Notes under the pieces: generated by a model
The model's input: the letters and a program-made list of their open reading frames with translations, nothing else
Database searches by the model: none
What the model was told of the DNA's origin: nothing
Part shown: piece by piece, positions 18,930 to 28,806 of the stretch
How positions within the stretch are numbered: the first letter of the stretch is position 1
Layout: each line of letters begins with the position of its first letter
Position numbers and translations under genes: made by a program
Virus record (IMG/VR): IMGVR_UViG_3300046025_000030
Location: 1-46,821 of that record
DNA: 46,821 bases
Reading direction: 5' to 3' (one strand)
From: a virus
Lineage: Duplodnaviria; Caudoviricetes

Positions 18930-20840
18930 ATGACGTGGGAAGTACGCTTGGAGGCGCCGGATGGCACTGTGACCACGCTCCAAGCCGACGATATCGTCAA
19001 GGAGTCGCCGAAGGTCCGTCACGAGCAACTCGCCGTCAGCGAGTGGAGCGCCCGCGTCCCCCATCGAGTAGGGTTAGAGGAGTTCAGACACGCAGCGGGG
19101 ACGGTGTCCTACCAGGGTGAGGTCGTGATGCGGGGCCCGGTGACGGCGGTAGAGTCAACGGATGGCTCGGGGGAGACGACGGTTCGGGGGAAGGATTTCG
19201 TCGACGAACTCCGACGCAGCCGTGGCGACCGTGCGAACGGTCTCGTCTACCCTGTGACCGACCAGCAAGCGTGGAAAGCCATCGAGGACTTGTACGCGAA
19301 ACAGTTTTTCGACCCGTATGTGACGACCGTGGTTGAGCCGACTGCAGAGCCGGTTGATAGCCAGAAATCCATCCAATCGGCCGACACCACGAGCGAGTTC
19401 GAGAACGCCTGGAACCCCGACGATACCATACCGTTCAAAGCACGGAATGACGCGCTCGAGCTCGTCCAAACGGGGTTTTTCCAAGAGGCCGAGACAGCGT
19501 CCGGCGGGAACGGCACGGTTTCGGACGGTGAGTACTCGGCTGGTGAGGGCGAATTAGTCCAAGATACGACGGGTGATCTACGGTATAGCATCGATCTCGA
19601 CTATACGATCCCGGCGGAGCATGTCGGGTTTGCGGTCCGGTCTGACACGCTCGACGGCAGTCATCCACCGTACGATATCCTCGTGAACGGTGAGACGGTT
19701 GATAGTGTCCCGCCGGACTCCTTTTCGAGCGGCCTCGACTGGAAACACACCGCGCTCTCCGGCATCCAGAGTGACCTCCCACCTGGGAAGTACACTGCAC
19801 AGTTAGATGCAACCGGCGTGGGGGCCGGTGATATGGAGGTCGATTGCCTGTTTGTGTATGACGCGCGATATTCATACTCGTTTGATAATTCGGTGGATGG
19901 TGATGGGTATCTGTCGGGGCCGGAGTTGTATCCGGATATGGCGGAGCTCCAGGCGGAGGAGGCGTCGGCGAACTGGAACATCACACGGGCGTACGTCACA
20001 ATCACCGCAGACGATCTCTCCGGTGGGCAGCGGCTGCAGGTACAGCTTACGGATACGTTTCGGCCAACGGATGGGAGTGAGGATAACACCGAGGCGATCA
20101 CCGTCGACAACCAAGGGGCCTCGTCGACCGCCCAATCCCGCGTCCGGCTCGCCCGCTATGGGTCGCGGTCGACCGCGAGCCCCACGAGTGGGTTCAACGG
20201 CCAGCGCGTCACATCGTATGATCTCTCGGTTGATACGAACGATATCGCGATCATCGAGGACGAAACGTACAAGGGCTCGGTGTTCGACGTCTGGCAAGCG
20301 CTCCATCAGGATGGGAACATGACGGCGGTCGCCGAAGCCACAGACTCGAGCCGCGAGCTTTTGTCGCTCGAACCGGGCGACCGGACCCGAGGGCAGGACT
20401 GGACGGTGCTCGACCACACACGGGCCTACGAGACGGACCGGTACGGGAACCGGATCCAGGGCGTCGGCGGGACGAGAGATGACGGGACGCGTGTCAGGGT
20501 TACCGTGACGGATGATGGGGAGGTCTCGAGGGTGGGTGAGGTGGTTGAGGCGGAGCCAATTATCCGTACCGGCGTCGTGGACGAGAATGTGTTGCGGTCG
20601 GCAGCGCGCAACAAGCTTGCTGCGGTTGCGGATCAGGATCGCTTAGCGGGCGACCTCACCGTGGTGCCGACACACGCCGCCCCGGGCGTCGCGTACACTG
20701 TCGGGCCGTTCGATGATTCGGCGGTTGCGTTGCTCTCGATGTCGATCCGCGGCGACCGCGCAACACTCCGCTTCCGTGCTGTCGATCGGCTCGCATCAGC
20801 GATCGCCGACACGACACAGCCTGCCCGAACCACCACTTAA
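18930..20840 (+). CDS. Tail tip/hub protein with a probable inserted carbohydrate-binding domain
   Basis: 636 aa after the tape measure gene; internal QEAETASGG..YSAGEG segment resembles CBM6/35. Confidence 0.65.
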   Translation: MTWEVRLEAPDGTVTTLQADDIVKESPKVRHEQLAVSEWSARVPHRVGLEEFRHAAGTVSYQGEVVMRGPVTAVESTDGSGETTVRGKDFVDELRRSRGDRANGLVYPVTDQQAWKAIEDLYAKQFFDPYVTTVVEPTAEPVDSQKSIQSADTTSEFENAWNPDDTIPFKARNDALELVQTGFFQEAETASGGNGTVSDGEYSAGEGELVQDTTGDLRYSIDLDYTIPAEHVGFAVRSDTLDGSHPPYDILVNGETVDSVPPDSFSSGLDWKHTALSGIQSDLPPGKYTAQLDATGVGAGDMEVDCLFVYDARYSYSFDNSVDGDGYLSGPELYPDMAELQAEEASANWNITRAYVTITADDLSGGQRLQVQLTDTFRPTDGSEDNTEAITVDNQGASSTAQSRVRLARYGSRSTASPTSGFNGQRVTSYDLSVDTNDIAIIEDETYKGSVFDVWQALHQDGNMTAVAEATDSSRELLSLEPGDRTRGQDWTVLDHTRAYETDRYGNRIQGVGGTRDDGTRVRVTVTDDGEVSRVGEVVEAEPIIRTGVVDENVLRSAARNKLAAVADQDRLAGDLTVVPTHAAPGVAYTVGPFDDSAVALLSMSIRGDRATLRFRAVDRLASAIADTTQPARTTT

Positions 20841-20842
20841 GC

Positions 20843-21298
20843 ATGGATTACACGTGGACGATCACGCGGAAAAACAACAGCGATGTGACTGCTGGGGCGT
20901 ATATCGCCCAAAACCCCCCAAGCATTACGCGCGGCCAATCCACATCGGTCGAGTTCCTCTTCCGACCAGAAACCACATCCTCCTCGGCTTACAGCGGGAT
21001 GCTCGACTTCCTTGATTTTGCGGATGCCGCCGACTACGGGCTGACGGAAGCGAATGTCCCCTGGTATCGGGAGCAGCTGCCGGCGCGGGCCGACGTTGAC
21101 TCGCTCGTTGTCCAACTCGACCCCAGCACCGAGCTCTCGTCGTACGATGTCCCCGGGTTCTGGGGCCTCGTTACCGGCGGCGATGACTCTCGGGAGTCGA
21201 CGTTGAGCCAGGAGCGGCTCGTCCTCGAACTGTTCGTGCTCGCGGCCGCCGACCAGTACACCGACCATACGGCGATCGAGACCGACCTCGCAGCCTAA
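20843..21298 (+). CDS. Tail protein (possible distal tail protein)
   Basis: 151-aa acidic ORF in the tail-tip cluster. Confidence 0.6.
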   Translation: MDYTWTITRKNNSDVTAGAYIAQNPPSITRGQSTSVEFLFRPETTSSSAYSGMLDFLDFADAADYGLTEANVPWYREQLPARADVDSLVVQLDPSTELSSYDVPGFWGLVTGGDDSRESTLSQERLVLELFVLAAADQYTDHTAIETDLAA

Positions 21299-21306
21299 CA
21301 CCCAGT

Positions 21307-21984
21307 ATGCCTGCACTCGACGCGACTGCCCCGACCGTCCAGCTCGAGATCGATCAAGGCGACGACGAAACCATCGCGCTTACCCGGCAGGCGGCGGACG
21401 ACACCCCCCTGGACATATCGGGGTACACGTTCCACCTGACGATCAAGCGCGATGAATCGGATACCGACACCAACGCCGCCCTCCAGAAAACAATAACTAC
21501 GCATACCGATCCGGTGAATGGGGAGACGGAACTTGCGTTGTCGGCGTCGGAGACCGATGGGCTTGACGGGAGTTACCATTACGAGGTTCGGGAAGAGACG
21601 GCGGCCGGGATAGTTAATACGTTGTTCGGGGGGCGGTTGTGGGCCAGTGTCGGCGCGACCACGAGTGGGACCGCTTCGAGTAGTGGTGGTGGGACGATCG
21701 GGGTGACGGTTGCTGATGCGGCGGCCGGGATTAACGTGTCGGTCGCGAGCGGGCTCCCGGAATCCGTGACGGTCTCGTCGCTGACAAGCGATAGCCGGCT
21801 GTTGGTCGTCCAGACTGTGGAGTCCGATGAGACGCTCGAGATCCCGGCGGGCTACGGCCAGACTATCGCCGGCCCCCTGACACTCGACGGCGAGGCAATT
21901 GTGGACGGGACGTTGAGTGTGGCGCCGGGGCCGATCCGCGGTGAGGGCTCGATCTCCGGGACCGGCTGGATACACATCTCATAA
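21307..21984 (+). CDS. BppU-like baseplate/fibre anchor protein
   Basis: IDQGDD..PLDISGYTFHLTIK..GSYHYEV pattern typical of BppU N-terminal domains. Confidence 0.65.
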   Translation: MPALDATAPTVQLEIDQGDDETIALTRQAADDTPLDISGYTFHLTIKRDESDTDTNAALQKTITTHTDPVNGETELALSASETDGLDGSYHYEVREETAAGIVNTLFGGRLWASVGATTSGTASSSGGGTIGVTVADAAAGINVSVASGLPESVTVSSLTSDSRLLVVQTVESDETLEIPAGYGQTIAGPLTLDGEAIVDGTLSVAPGPIRGEGSISGTGWIHIS

Positions 21985-21988
21985 CAGT

Positions 21989-22690
21989 ATGCCGCTGAAC
22001 ATTACAGAAACCGTCATCGAGAACGACACCGTCCGGGTTTACGAAAACGACCTCGGCACCGTCATCATTGAGGGCAAGATCAACGGCAACCAAGTCGAGT
22101 TGGACGATGATGTGTCGATGTCGGATGTCGCCGTGCACGTGGCCGCCGGCGACAACCCGCATACGACGACGCTCGAGCAGGCACGGGCAGCGGACAATCA
22201 GCTCCTCGGCCCGGTCGATCTGGATGACGACCTTGTCGATGACACAACAACTATCTGGAATTCCACGGGTGGGTACGTCGAGCAAACCGCGCTGGAGAAC
22301 GATAGTGTGAGGGTCAATGGGGGTAATGGGGTGACGAACGGCGGGAGCGTCCCGCTCGGCGACAGCGTCACGCTCGACGTGGAGCCAGCGGACGTCGCGG
22401 GCACACTCCTTTCGGACGACGGCAGCGACAATCTCGCCGTTGACGAATCACGTATCAATCATGACAACATCGATCAGTCGACGGTTGGCGGGGATGATCA
22501 CCACGCCGAGGACCATGGGTCGCGGCACGGCGTCGGCGGCGCGGACGAGTTGGCGACGGCGCTCAGGTATGAACCTGAGTCGGAACCCGCCACGCCGACG
22601 TCGGGCGTCGTCCGCTGGTACGACCAGGCGGCGGATGCGTTCCGGGTGAAGTTCGATGACGGCGCGACCGCCACGCTTGCTGAGAAATAA
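21989..22690 (+). CDS. Tail fibre/adaptor protein
   Basis: Start MPLNITET; N-terminus shared with the 22829 gene and mid-part shared with the 24566 gene. Confidence 0.7.
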   Translation: MPLNITETVIENDTVRVYENDLGTVIIEGKINGNQVELDDDVSMSDVAVHVAAGDNPHTTTLEQARAADNQLLGPVDLDDDLVDDTTTIWNSTGGYVEQTALENDSVRVNGGNGVTNGGSVPLGDSVTLDVEPADVAGTLLSDDGSDNLAVDESRINHDNIDQSTVGGDDHHAEDHGSRHGVGGADELATALRYEPESEPATPTSGVVRWYDQAADAFRVKFDDGATATLAEK

Positions 22691-22694
22691 CCCC

Positions 22695-22802
22695 ATGGCA
22701 AACGCAGGCTCGACCGACACGCCCGCAGCAGCAGTCAGTTGACCTTGCGCCCCGTCGCTGAAATACCTGCGACCGAAAGCGGTGCGACTCTCAAACGATA
22801 GC
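22695..22802 (+). pseudogene. Relic of the 5' end of the 24566 fibre gene
   Basis: MANAGSTDTPAAAVS* versus MANLGSTDTPAAARS at 24566; degenerate similarity continues to about 22800. Confidence 0.7.
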
Positions 22803-22828
22803 CGCGTCCAAACCCATTACCCATACGT

Positions 22829-24442
22829 ATGCCATTTGAGATCGATAACGACGTCGTCGAGACCGACCACGTAAAGGCCTACGAAGACAGCAACGGCACG
22901 GTCATCATCGAAGACAAGCACGGCGGGAACCAATTGCAGCTTGACGACGACGTCAGGCTTGCCAGCGTGGCCTCGCATCTCCTCGACGGCGGGAACCCAC
23001 ATACGACGACGCTCGAGCAGGCCCGCTCGGAAAACAACGAACTCTCCGGCCCGGTTGACACCGGTGGCAACGACTTGACAAACGTCGGAGCGCTTGATAC
23101 AGACGAGCTAAACAACGCCCAGTACGTCTCGACTGAGCAGGAACTCCACGACGCGGGCTCAGCGGTGGACACGAGCTTTTTGGTGAATAACATTATCCTC
23201 ACCAAAAACATCACGCTCTCGCAGGAGTTTCACCCACCGACGAATTCAACGAATGGCACGCTTTGGCTCAACCGGAAGCAACTACGGCTCGCCGACGGGG
23301 TGAACGAGAACGTCATTCACATCGAGGGTGGGAGGAACTGGGAAATACGGGGGCCAGGTATCATTGACGGGAACAAGGCCAACCAAGCCGACCAAGACGA
23401 CGCTCAGCTGTTGCACGGCATCAATGTCCGGGCGTGTGACCAGTTCCGAGTCTCGCACGTTACCGCCAGAGATACGTTGGGCGATGGGATGAACATCGGT
23501 AGCCGCGCAGATGGCGCGTACGTCGAGAGCTGTTATGTCTACGACGCTGGCAGCGCGGACTATGCACGAGTCCAAGCTGGAGGTATCCGTGTGTCGAACG
23601 GGCATAATGCAACCATCACGCAGTCGGTGTTTGAGGACTGCTACGGGCATTGGGCGATTATCAACGGCAAAGAGGGCGGCGAAAATATCCGTATGCCGTC
23701 ACTCACGAACTGTATCGGGGATGGCGTCGAAAACCCCGATGGGCCACAATCCGGGTTCACACTGATGTCCTGTACTGGGGGCGTGCTGTCGAACTGTACG
23801 GGACGGAACGTGTCGGCGGCAACCACGGGAGGCGCGGACGTGACCCGCGTGGAAGACTTCTATAATGGAGTCATCATTGGGTGTGTTGGCGTCGGGGCGC
23901 CAAATGCTGGCGTCAAGCTCGGTGACGATGCGCACGACTCCATGATAATTGGGTGCGTGGGGAACGGCGGGACGTCGGGGCTAAACATCGGGGGACAGTC
24001 GGATGGATGCATGATTATCGGGAGTCGAGCTGACAATAACACTCGCGGGATACACGTCCAAGGCGGCTCCCAGCATTTCGTCGCGCATAACCATGTTGGG
24101 AATAACGATACCGCCATCAGAGATGATGGGACAAGCACGACGATAACGGATAACAAAGGCCACCGCGTCCGGTTGATCCAGTCTGGCGTGGTCAATCACG
24201 CTGACCCTGGGACGCCGGCGGACGGTACTTGGGACTCATGGACAACTGACACGCAGTCGGTGACGTTCGACACGACGTTCGGCGCGAAGCCGACCGTAAT
24301 CACGTCGATGCAACTTGCAAAGGGTGCGCAGTGTGAAGTGAATAACGTCTCGACAACCGGGTTCGATTCGAGCCTCGTGTGGTACCGGTCGAACGCGAGC
24401 ACGGGCCGAAATGTCTTCTGGATCGCGGTTGGTCAAGAGTGA
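22829..24442 (+). CDS. Tail spike: right-handed beta-helix (pectin-lyase-like) with a C-terminal lectin-like domain
   Basis: GIIDGNKANQ and repeated N/C/G beta-helix rungs; C-terminal VTFDTTFGAKPTV..STTGF..WIAVG. Confidence 0.8.
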   Translation: MPFEIDNDVVETDHVKAYEDSNGTVIIEDKHGGNQLQLDDDVRLASVASHLLDGGNPHTTTLEQARSENNELSGPVDTGGNDLTNVGALDTDELNNAQYVSTEQELHDAGSAVDTSFLVNNIILTKNITLSQEFHPPTNSTNGTLWLNRKQLRLADGVNENVIHIEGGRNWEIRGPGIIDGNKANQADQDDAQLLHGINVRACDQFRVSHVTARDTLGDGMNIGSRADGAYVESCYVYDAGSADYARVQAGGIRVSNGHNATITQSVFEDCYGHWAIINGKEGGENIRMPSLTNCIGDGVENPDGPQSGFTLMSCTGGVLSNCTGRNVSAATTGGADVTRVEDFYNGVIIGCVGVGAPNAGVKLGDDAHDSMIIGCVGNGGTSGLNIGGQSDGCMIIGSRADNNTRGIHVQGGSQHFVAHNHVGNNDTAIRDDGTSTTITDNKGHRVRLIQSGVVNHADPGTPADGTWDSWTTDTQSVTFDTTFGAKPTVITSMQLAKGAQCEVNNVSTTGFDSSLVWYRSNASTGRNVFWIAVGQE

Positions 24443-24470
24443 ACGCGAGTGACCGCTCCAGTTCTGGACA

Positions 24471-24565
24471 ATGAGTAGAGCAATCTATCGACGACTCGCC
24501 CAGCTGCTCCGCTCACTGCTCGGGCGAGCAACGAGACGCCCACACCGACCAGCAGGATACCGACC
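24471..24565 (+). pseudogene. Relic of the 5' end of the 27870 metalloprotease gene
   Basis: 26 identical bp (24476-24501 = 27875-27900); MSRAIYRRLAQLLRS, then out of frame. Confidence 0.75.
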
Positions 24566-25663
24566 ATGGCAAACTTAGGCTCTACGGACACGCCCGCGGC
24601 GGCGCGGTCCATTGACCTCCCGGGCGGGTACGCGCCGGCCATCGAGGAAGACAGCGGCGACCTCATCATCAACGATTCCAATGGAAACACGACGCTGCGG
24701 TGGGACGACGCGAACGGAGCCTGGCAGTTGGCAGCACCACTGGACACGGACGGCACGGACCTCGCCGACAGCGCCGGGCCGGGGACGCTGTACGACGCCA
24801 GCGCGGGCGTCGTCCTCCAAGCCGTCCTCGGCGGCCCACCTGGTAGCCTCACCTCGTACCCCCTCCCCATCGGCGACCTCGACAGCCCATACCCGCCCGG
24901 CGACATCGCCGACGTCGACGGCTATCCATTTGCCAATTCGGATTTGGCGAACGACAGCGTGACCGTCAGTGGCGGGAACGGCGTGAAGAACGGGGGGAAT
25001 GTGGCGCTCGGCGACAGCGTGACGCTCGACGTGGAGCCAGCCGACGTCGCGGGCGCGCTCCTCGTCGACGACGGGACTGATGCCCTCGCCGTTGACGAGC
25101 CCGGCATCGACCACGACAACATCGACCAGTCAACGGTCACAGCGGACGATCACCATCCGCGGATACAGGTCAGTGATTCGGGCGCCGCTGTCTTGACGCA
25201 GCCGACCGATGTCAACCTCGCATCGTCACTCGATGTGACGGACGATGGAGACGGTACGATTACTGTCGATGTCGCCGTGGATACGATGGAGTTCAACACC
25301 GACGAGTCCGGCACCGTCACCGCCGGGAACTCCGGTATGGTGTACGCCCACGGGCTGCCGGATGGTGACACGATGGCGGTGCTTCGGGCGGGCCTCCTGC
25401 TCGCGGACGGCCAGCCTGCCCCGACGGATTTGGATCTCATTCTCGCCACGCTGGACGGCGCTGGCGGCGGCACGAAACAAACCACGATTGTCGCCGGGGA
25501 TGGCACCGCGCAGGCGACGGTGGAGGGCGATCCGGTAGCGTCGTACGAGAACACGAGCGGCGGTGAGGAGACGGTGGCCGTCCTTGTGGATAACGGGAAC
25601 TATAACGCCGGGACCGGCGCCGACCAGGACATCGTTGCCGACGCCCACGGCGAGGTGGTCTAG
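24566..25663 (+). CDS. Tail fibre/adaptor protein
   Basis: 365 aa; shares a ~70-aa module (NDSV..DVEPADVAG..DDHH) with the 21989 gene. Confidence 0.7.
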   Translation: MANLGSTDTPAAARSIDLPGGYAPAIEEDSGDLIINDSNGNTTLRWDDANGAWQLAAPLDTDGTDLADSAGPGTLYDASAGVVLQAVLGGPPGSLTSYPLPIGDLDSPYPPGDIADVDGYPFANSDLANDSVTVSGGNGVKNGGNVALGDSVTLDVEPADVAGALLVDDGTDALAVDEPGIDHDNIDQSTVTADDHHPRIQVSDSGAAVLTQPTDVNLASSLDVTDDGDGTITVDVAVDTMEFNTDESGTVTAGNSGMVYAHGLPDGDTMAVLRAGLLLADGQPAPTDLDLILATLDGAGGGTKQTTIVAGDGTAQATVEGDPVASYENTSGGEETVAVLVDNGNYNAGTGADQDIVADAHGEVV

Positions 25664-25664
25664 G

Positions 25665-26729
25665 GTGGCGCTCCAAGACCTGGACGGCATCTCGAACGTC
25701 GCGTACACCCAAACACTGGCCTGGGAAACCGCCGCTGATTGGGACAATGCTGTCGACAGCAGCGAAACGGTGGTTCACGAGAACTTCGGTGACTTCACGG
25801 ACGCGGAGATCGCCCTCGGGTATCCCTCGGGCGTGCTGGACAACCTCCAGGTGTATTGGCACCTGATGGAAGACGCTGGCAGCACAGCCGGCGACGCCGG
25901 GCCGAACGATGCCACCGGCACCATCAACGGGGCTGCCGTGGGCGAACCAGGCATTCTTGGAACGACCTGTTATCGGTTTGATGGCTCGGACGACTGGGTG
26001 GATTTCGGGGATCCGGCGGCCTTGTCCGCCGGTACTCTCGGGGACTCGTTCTCGTTCTTCATGTGGATGAATATGGAGACGAGCACGGGGGATTGGCTGT
26101 CGCACGCGAGCACCAGCGATAACGACAACTGGCGCTGGTGGAGCAATGGACGGGAAAAAACGTGGTATTTGGACGGCGTTCGCAGTTTAGAAGACTCCGG
26201 GGGCGTTGTTACCGGTTCGTGGACGTCGTATGCCGGGACCTACGACGGCAGCACCGTCCGCCTGTACGAGAACGGCACCGAACTGATCAGCGGGTCGGCC
26301 AGCGGCCAGCTGGTGTCGTCGTCGGCGCCCTGGGCTATCGGGAGCCGTGGCGGCGATGGCTCGTTCGCGGATGGGAGGATCGGGCCGACGCTCATATTTA
26401 CCGATGCCTTGTCTGCCAGCGAGGTGTCGATGCTGCACAACATACAATCGGGGCGTTTGACGACTGCCACGAAATCGTACGCCGGCCCGCAGACGCCCGA
26501 TCTACGGAACCTGTCTTACTCGTTGAACGGCGGCAGCATCGACCTGGATGTGATCGGCAGCCCTGATGCGGCGGGGCGGGAAGTGGTCACACAGCCCCTG
26601 GACGGCAGCAGCGCCTACGACCTCGCCTGGAACAGCAGCCATGTCGACTTCCGTCTCCGCCCGACCCTGTCGGTCCCAGCCCTCACCGACACCAGCCCCG
26701 TATTCGGTGGCGGCGAGGTAGTGGGATGA
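25665..26729 (+). CDS. LamG/concanavalin-like adhesin 1
   Basis: GTG start; YWHLMED, YRFDGSDDWV, WTSYAGTYDGSTVRLYENG, ALSASEV. Confidence 0.85.
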   Translation: MALQDLDGISNVAYTQTLAWETAADWDNAVDSSETVVHENFGDFTDAEIALGYPSGVLDNLQVYWHLMEDAGSTAGDAGPNDATGTINGAAVGEPGILGTTCYRFDGSDDWVDFGDPAALSAGTLGDSFSFFMWMNMETSTGDWLSHASTSDNDNWRWWSNGREKTWYLDGVRSLEDSGGVVTGSWTSYAGTYDGSTVRLYENGTELISGSASGQLVSSSAPWAIGSRGGDGSFADGRIGPTLIFTDALSASEVSMLHNIQSGRLTTATKSYAGPQTPDLRNLSYSLNGGSIDLDVIGSPDAAGREVVTQPLDGSSAYDLAWNSSHVDFRLRPTLSVPALTDTSPVFGGGEVVG

Positions 26730-26760
26730 GCGCCCCGTTCCAAAACGAGGTGGGTGGCTG

Positions 26761-27845
26761 ATGGTGATAGAGGGCCTCGATGGCATCGCGAACGTACCCT
26801 ACACCGAGACCGTGGCGTGGGAGACCGCCGCTGATTGGGACACCGCCGTGGACGAGGTCGGGGTGGTGCACGAGGCCACGCCGAACACGGAGTACGGGGA
26901 CGCGAGCGTGGTTCGGAAGGGCTGGCCGACCGACAACCCGATCGCCGAAGGGGACCTCGAACGGTTGTACCTCCACCAGACACCCACGGACGGCACGGTG
27001 TACGATTTCCAGAACGGGCACGACGCCACCTGGAAAAGTGGGGGGGGACTCCGGCGAGTGCGACGGGGCCGCTCGGGGCGGACGCGACGGATTTCGACGG
27101 CAGCGTCTACTACGAGCCGCCACCGTTCGACTTCTCGGGCCTGTCGGGAACGTTCATCACCGTCTTCGATACGGACAACCGCGGGAACGGTACCAATGAG
27201 TTATTCCGGAAGCGCACCGGGAACGATGCTTGGAACGTCCAACACAGGACGAATGGCGACGACACCACGGTGCGGACCAGTTACTACGATGGACAATGGC
27301 GAGGGCCCACGTTCAGCATTACCACGGGTGAGTACGAGCACGTCGCGTTCCGGGTTGACCGGGACAATACGGAGGTTGAGGGGTTTAGAAATGGCGTGTC
27401 GCAGGGAAGTGAGTCGTACGTTGGGGATGATGGTATTAACCCGGGCTGGCGGGTGGGGCGGTATCCTAACGGCGCTAATAAGTTTAAAGGGCTGTACGCT
27501 GGGTATTGGGTGTATAGTGCGGCGCTTTCCGATCAGCAAATCCGGGACCACGCGGACGCGATGGTCGGGACCTCCACACTCACGACGGCCACGAAAACGT
27601 ATAGTGGCCTCCGGCAGCCCGACTTCCAGAACCTCAGCTACTCGCTGAACGGCGAAACCATCCGGTTGATCGCTATAGGAGACCCTGATGGCCAAAACGA
27701 GGAACAGTCGGTCACGCTCGACGGCGCCGACTCGTACCCGCTGTCGTGGAGCGGTTCATACAGCGACTTCGCGGTCAGGGTCGAGATGGAAACGGCAGAT
27801 AAGACGGTGACGCCGACCGTCGACTCGGTGTCGCTGGTCGGGTAA
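26761..27845 (+). CDS. LamG adhesin 2, split by a frameshift in a G8 run (27040-27047)
   Basis: N-terminus paralogous to adhesin 1 in one frame; LamG and C-terminus (LTTATK..NLSYSLNG) in the -1 frame; joined product about 361 aa. Confidence 0.8.
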
Positions 27846-27869
27846 GCCAAGCGATGAGAGATCCAACCG

Positions 27870-28805
27870 ATGCTTAGAGCAATCTATCGACGACTCGCCC
27901 GGCTGCTACGCTCACGGATCGAGCGCGCCGGCAGCGACCCCGCACCCGACCAGCAGGACACCGACGAGCCAACGCGTGTGCCGACTGACAACCCCGAGGC
28001 GGACGACCCACCACGGGAAGCACACACGCCACCCGAGGACGATGGCATCGTTGAACCGACCGAATCCGGCGACACGACTACCACGGACGAATCGACTACA
28101 CCCGATGAATCGCCGGCGGTGAACAAGTCGTGGGAAGAATCATCGGGCATCACGTGGCCACCGAACCCGTGCGTCGACACACCACACCGCGGCGTCGGCG
28201 ACGAAACCATCGAGATACGGCTCTACTGGCGCGACGGCGACGAACTGGGCCGGTGGGCATGCAAGATGGCGAAACCCTACGTCGAATACTGCTACGAGGA
28301 AGCCTGGGGCAAAGACTACGAGGTCGACTGCACGATTCATCCCGAACCCGTCCCCATCGACAAGAACTCCCGAGACAACCACGGGACGTGGTATGGTGCG
28401 TTCAAGGACTATTACTGGAGCCTATCGTCGGATAACCGAGCGAAACATGCGAACGCACTTATCGGCCACCTCCCAGGCGTTTACGGGGAAGGCGGCGGGC
28501 ATTACTGCGTGGTGAACTTTCACAAGATGAACGGTCCAGCTGATCACGAGCCGTGGAAAGAAGATGACTGTATCTTAGAGCGACACTATGGCGGCCTCGG
28601 ACACTCGATTAACTCGGTGCTCCACGAGATCGGGCATTGCCTGGGGCTTTCCCATCACGATTACGAGCCGGACGACGACGACCTCGTTGAGGTCTACGGC
28701 CGGTCACACGTCACGGTGATGAATAATAGCTACCACAGCGGGGACGGCACAATCCACGTGCTCGGCGACCGCGTGCGATCGAAACAACCCGACTTATCAT
28801 ATTAG
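27870..28805 (+). CDS. Metzincin zinc metalloprotease
   Basis: HEIGHCLGLSH (HExxHxxGxxH, 28623-28655) and a Met-turn (TVMN); basic N-terminus and acidic Pro/Thr linker. Confidence 0.85.
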   Translation: MLRAIYRRLARLLRSRIERAGSDPAPDQQDTDEPTRVPTDNPEADDPPREAHTPPEDDGIVEPTESGDTTTTDESTTPDESPAVNKSWEESSGITWPPNPCVDTPHRGVGDETIEIRLYWRDGDELGRWACKMAKPYVEYCYEEAWGKDYEVDCTIHPEPVPIDKNSRDNHGTWYGAFKDYYWSLSSDNRAKHANALIGHLPGVYGEGGGHYCVVNFHKMNGPADHEPWKEDDCILERHYGGLGHSINSVLHEIGHCLGLSHHDYEPDDDDLVEVYGRSHVTVMNNSYHSGDGTIHVLGDRVRSKQPDLSY

Positions 28806-28806
28806 T

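Noticed and set aside
16863-19064. 733-aa minus-strand ORF
   Set aside because: Antisense shadow of the tape measure gene; low-complexity Ser/Ala/Pro composition
27048-27648. Arg/Ser-rich C-terminus of the 295-aa ORF
   Set aside because: Out-of-frame tail after the G8 run; homology to the paralog continues in the other frame
21989-27845. Diversity-generating retroelement or invertase shufflon behind the fibre repeats
   Set aside because: No reverse transcriptase or recombinase gene, repeats are direct, and mismatches are not adenine-specific
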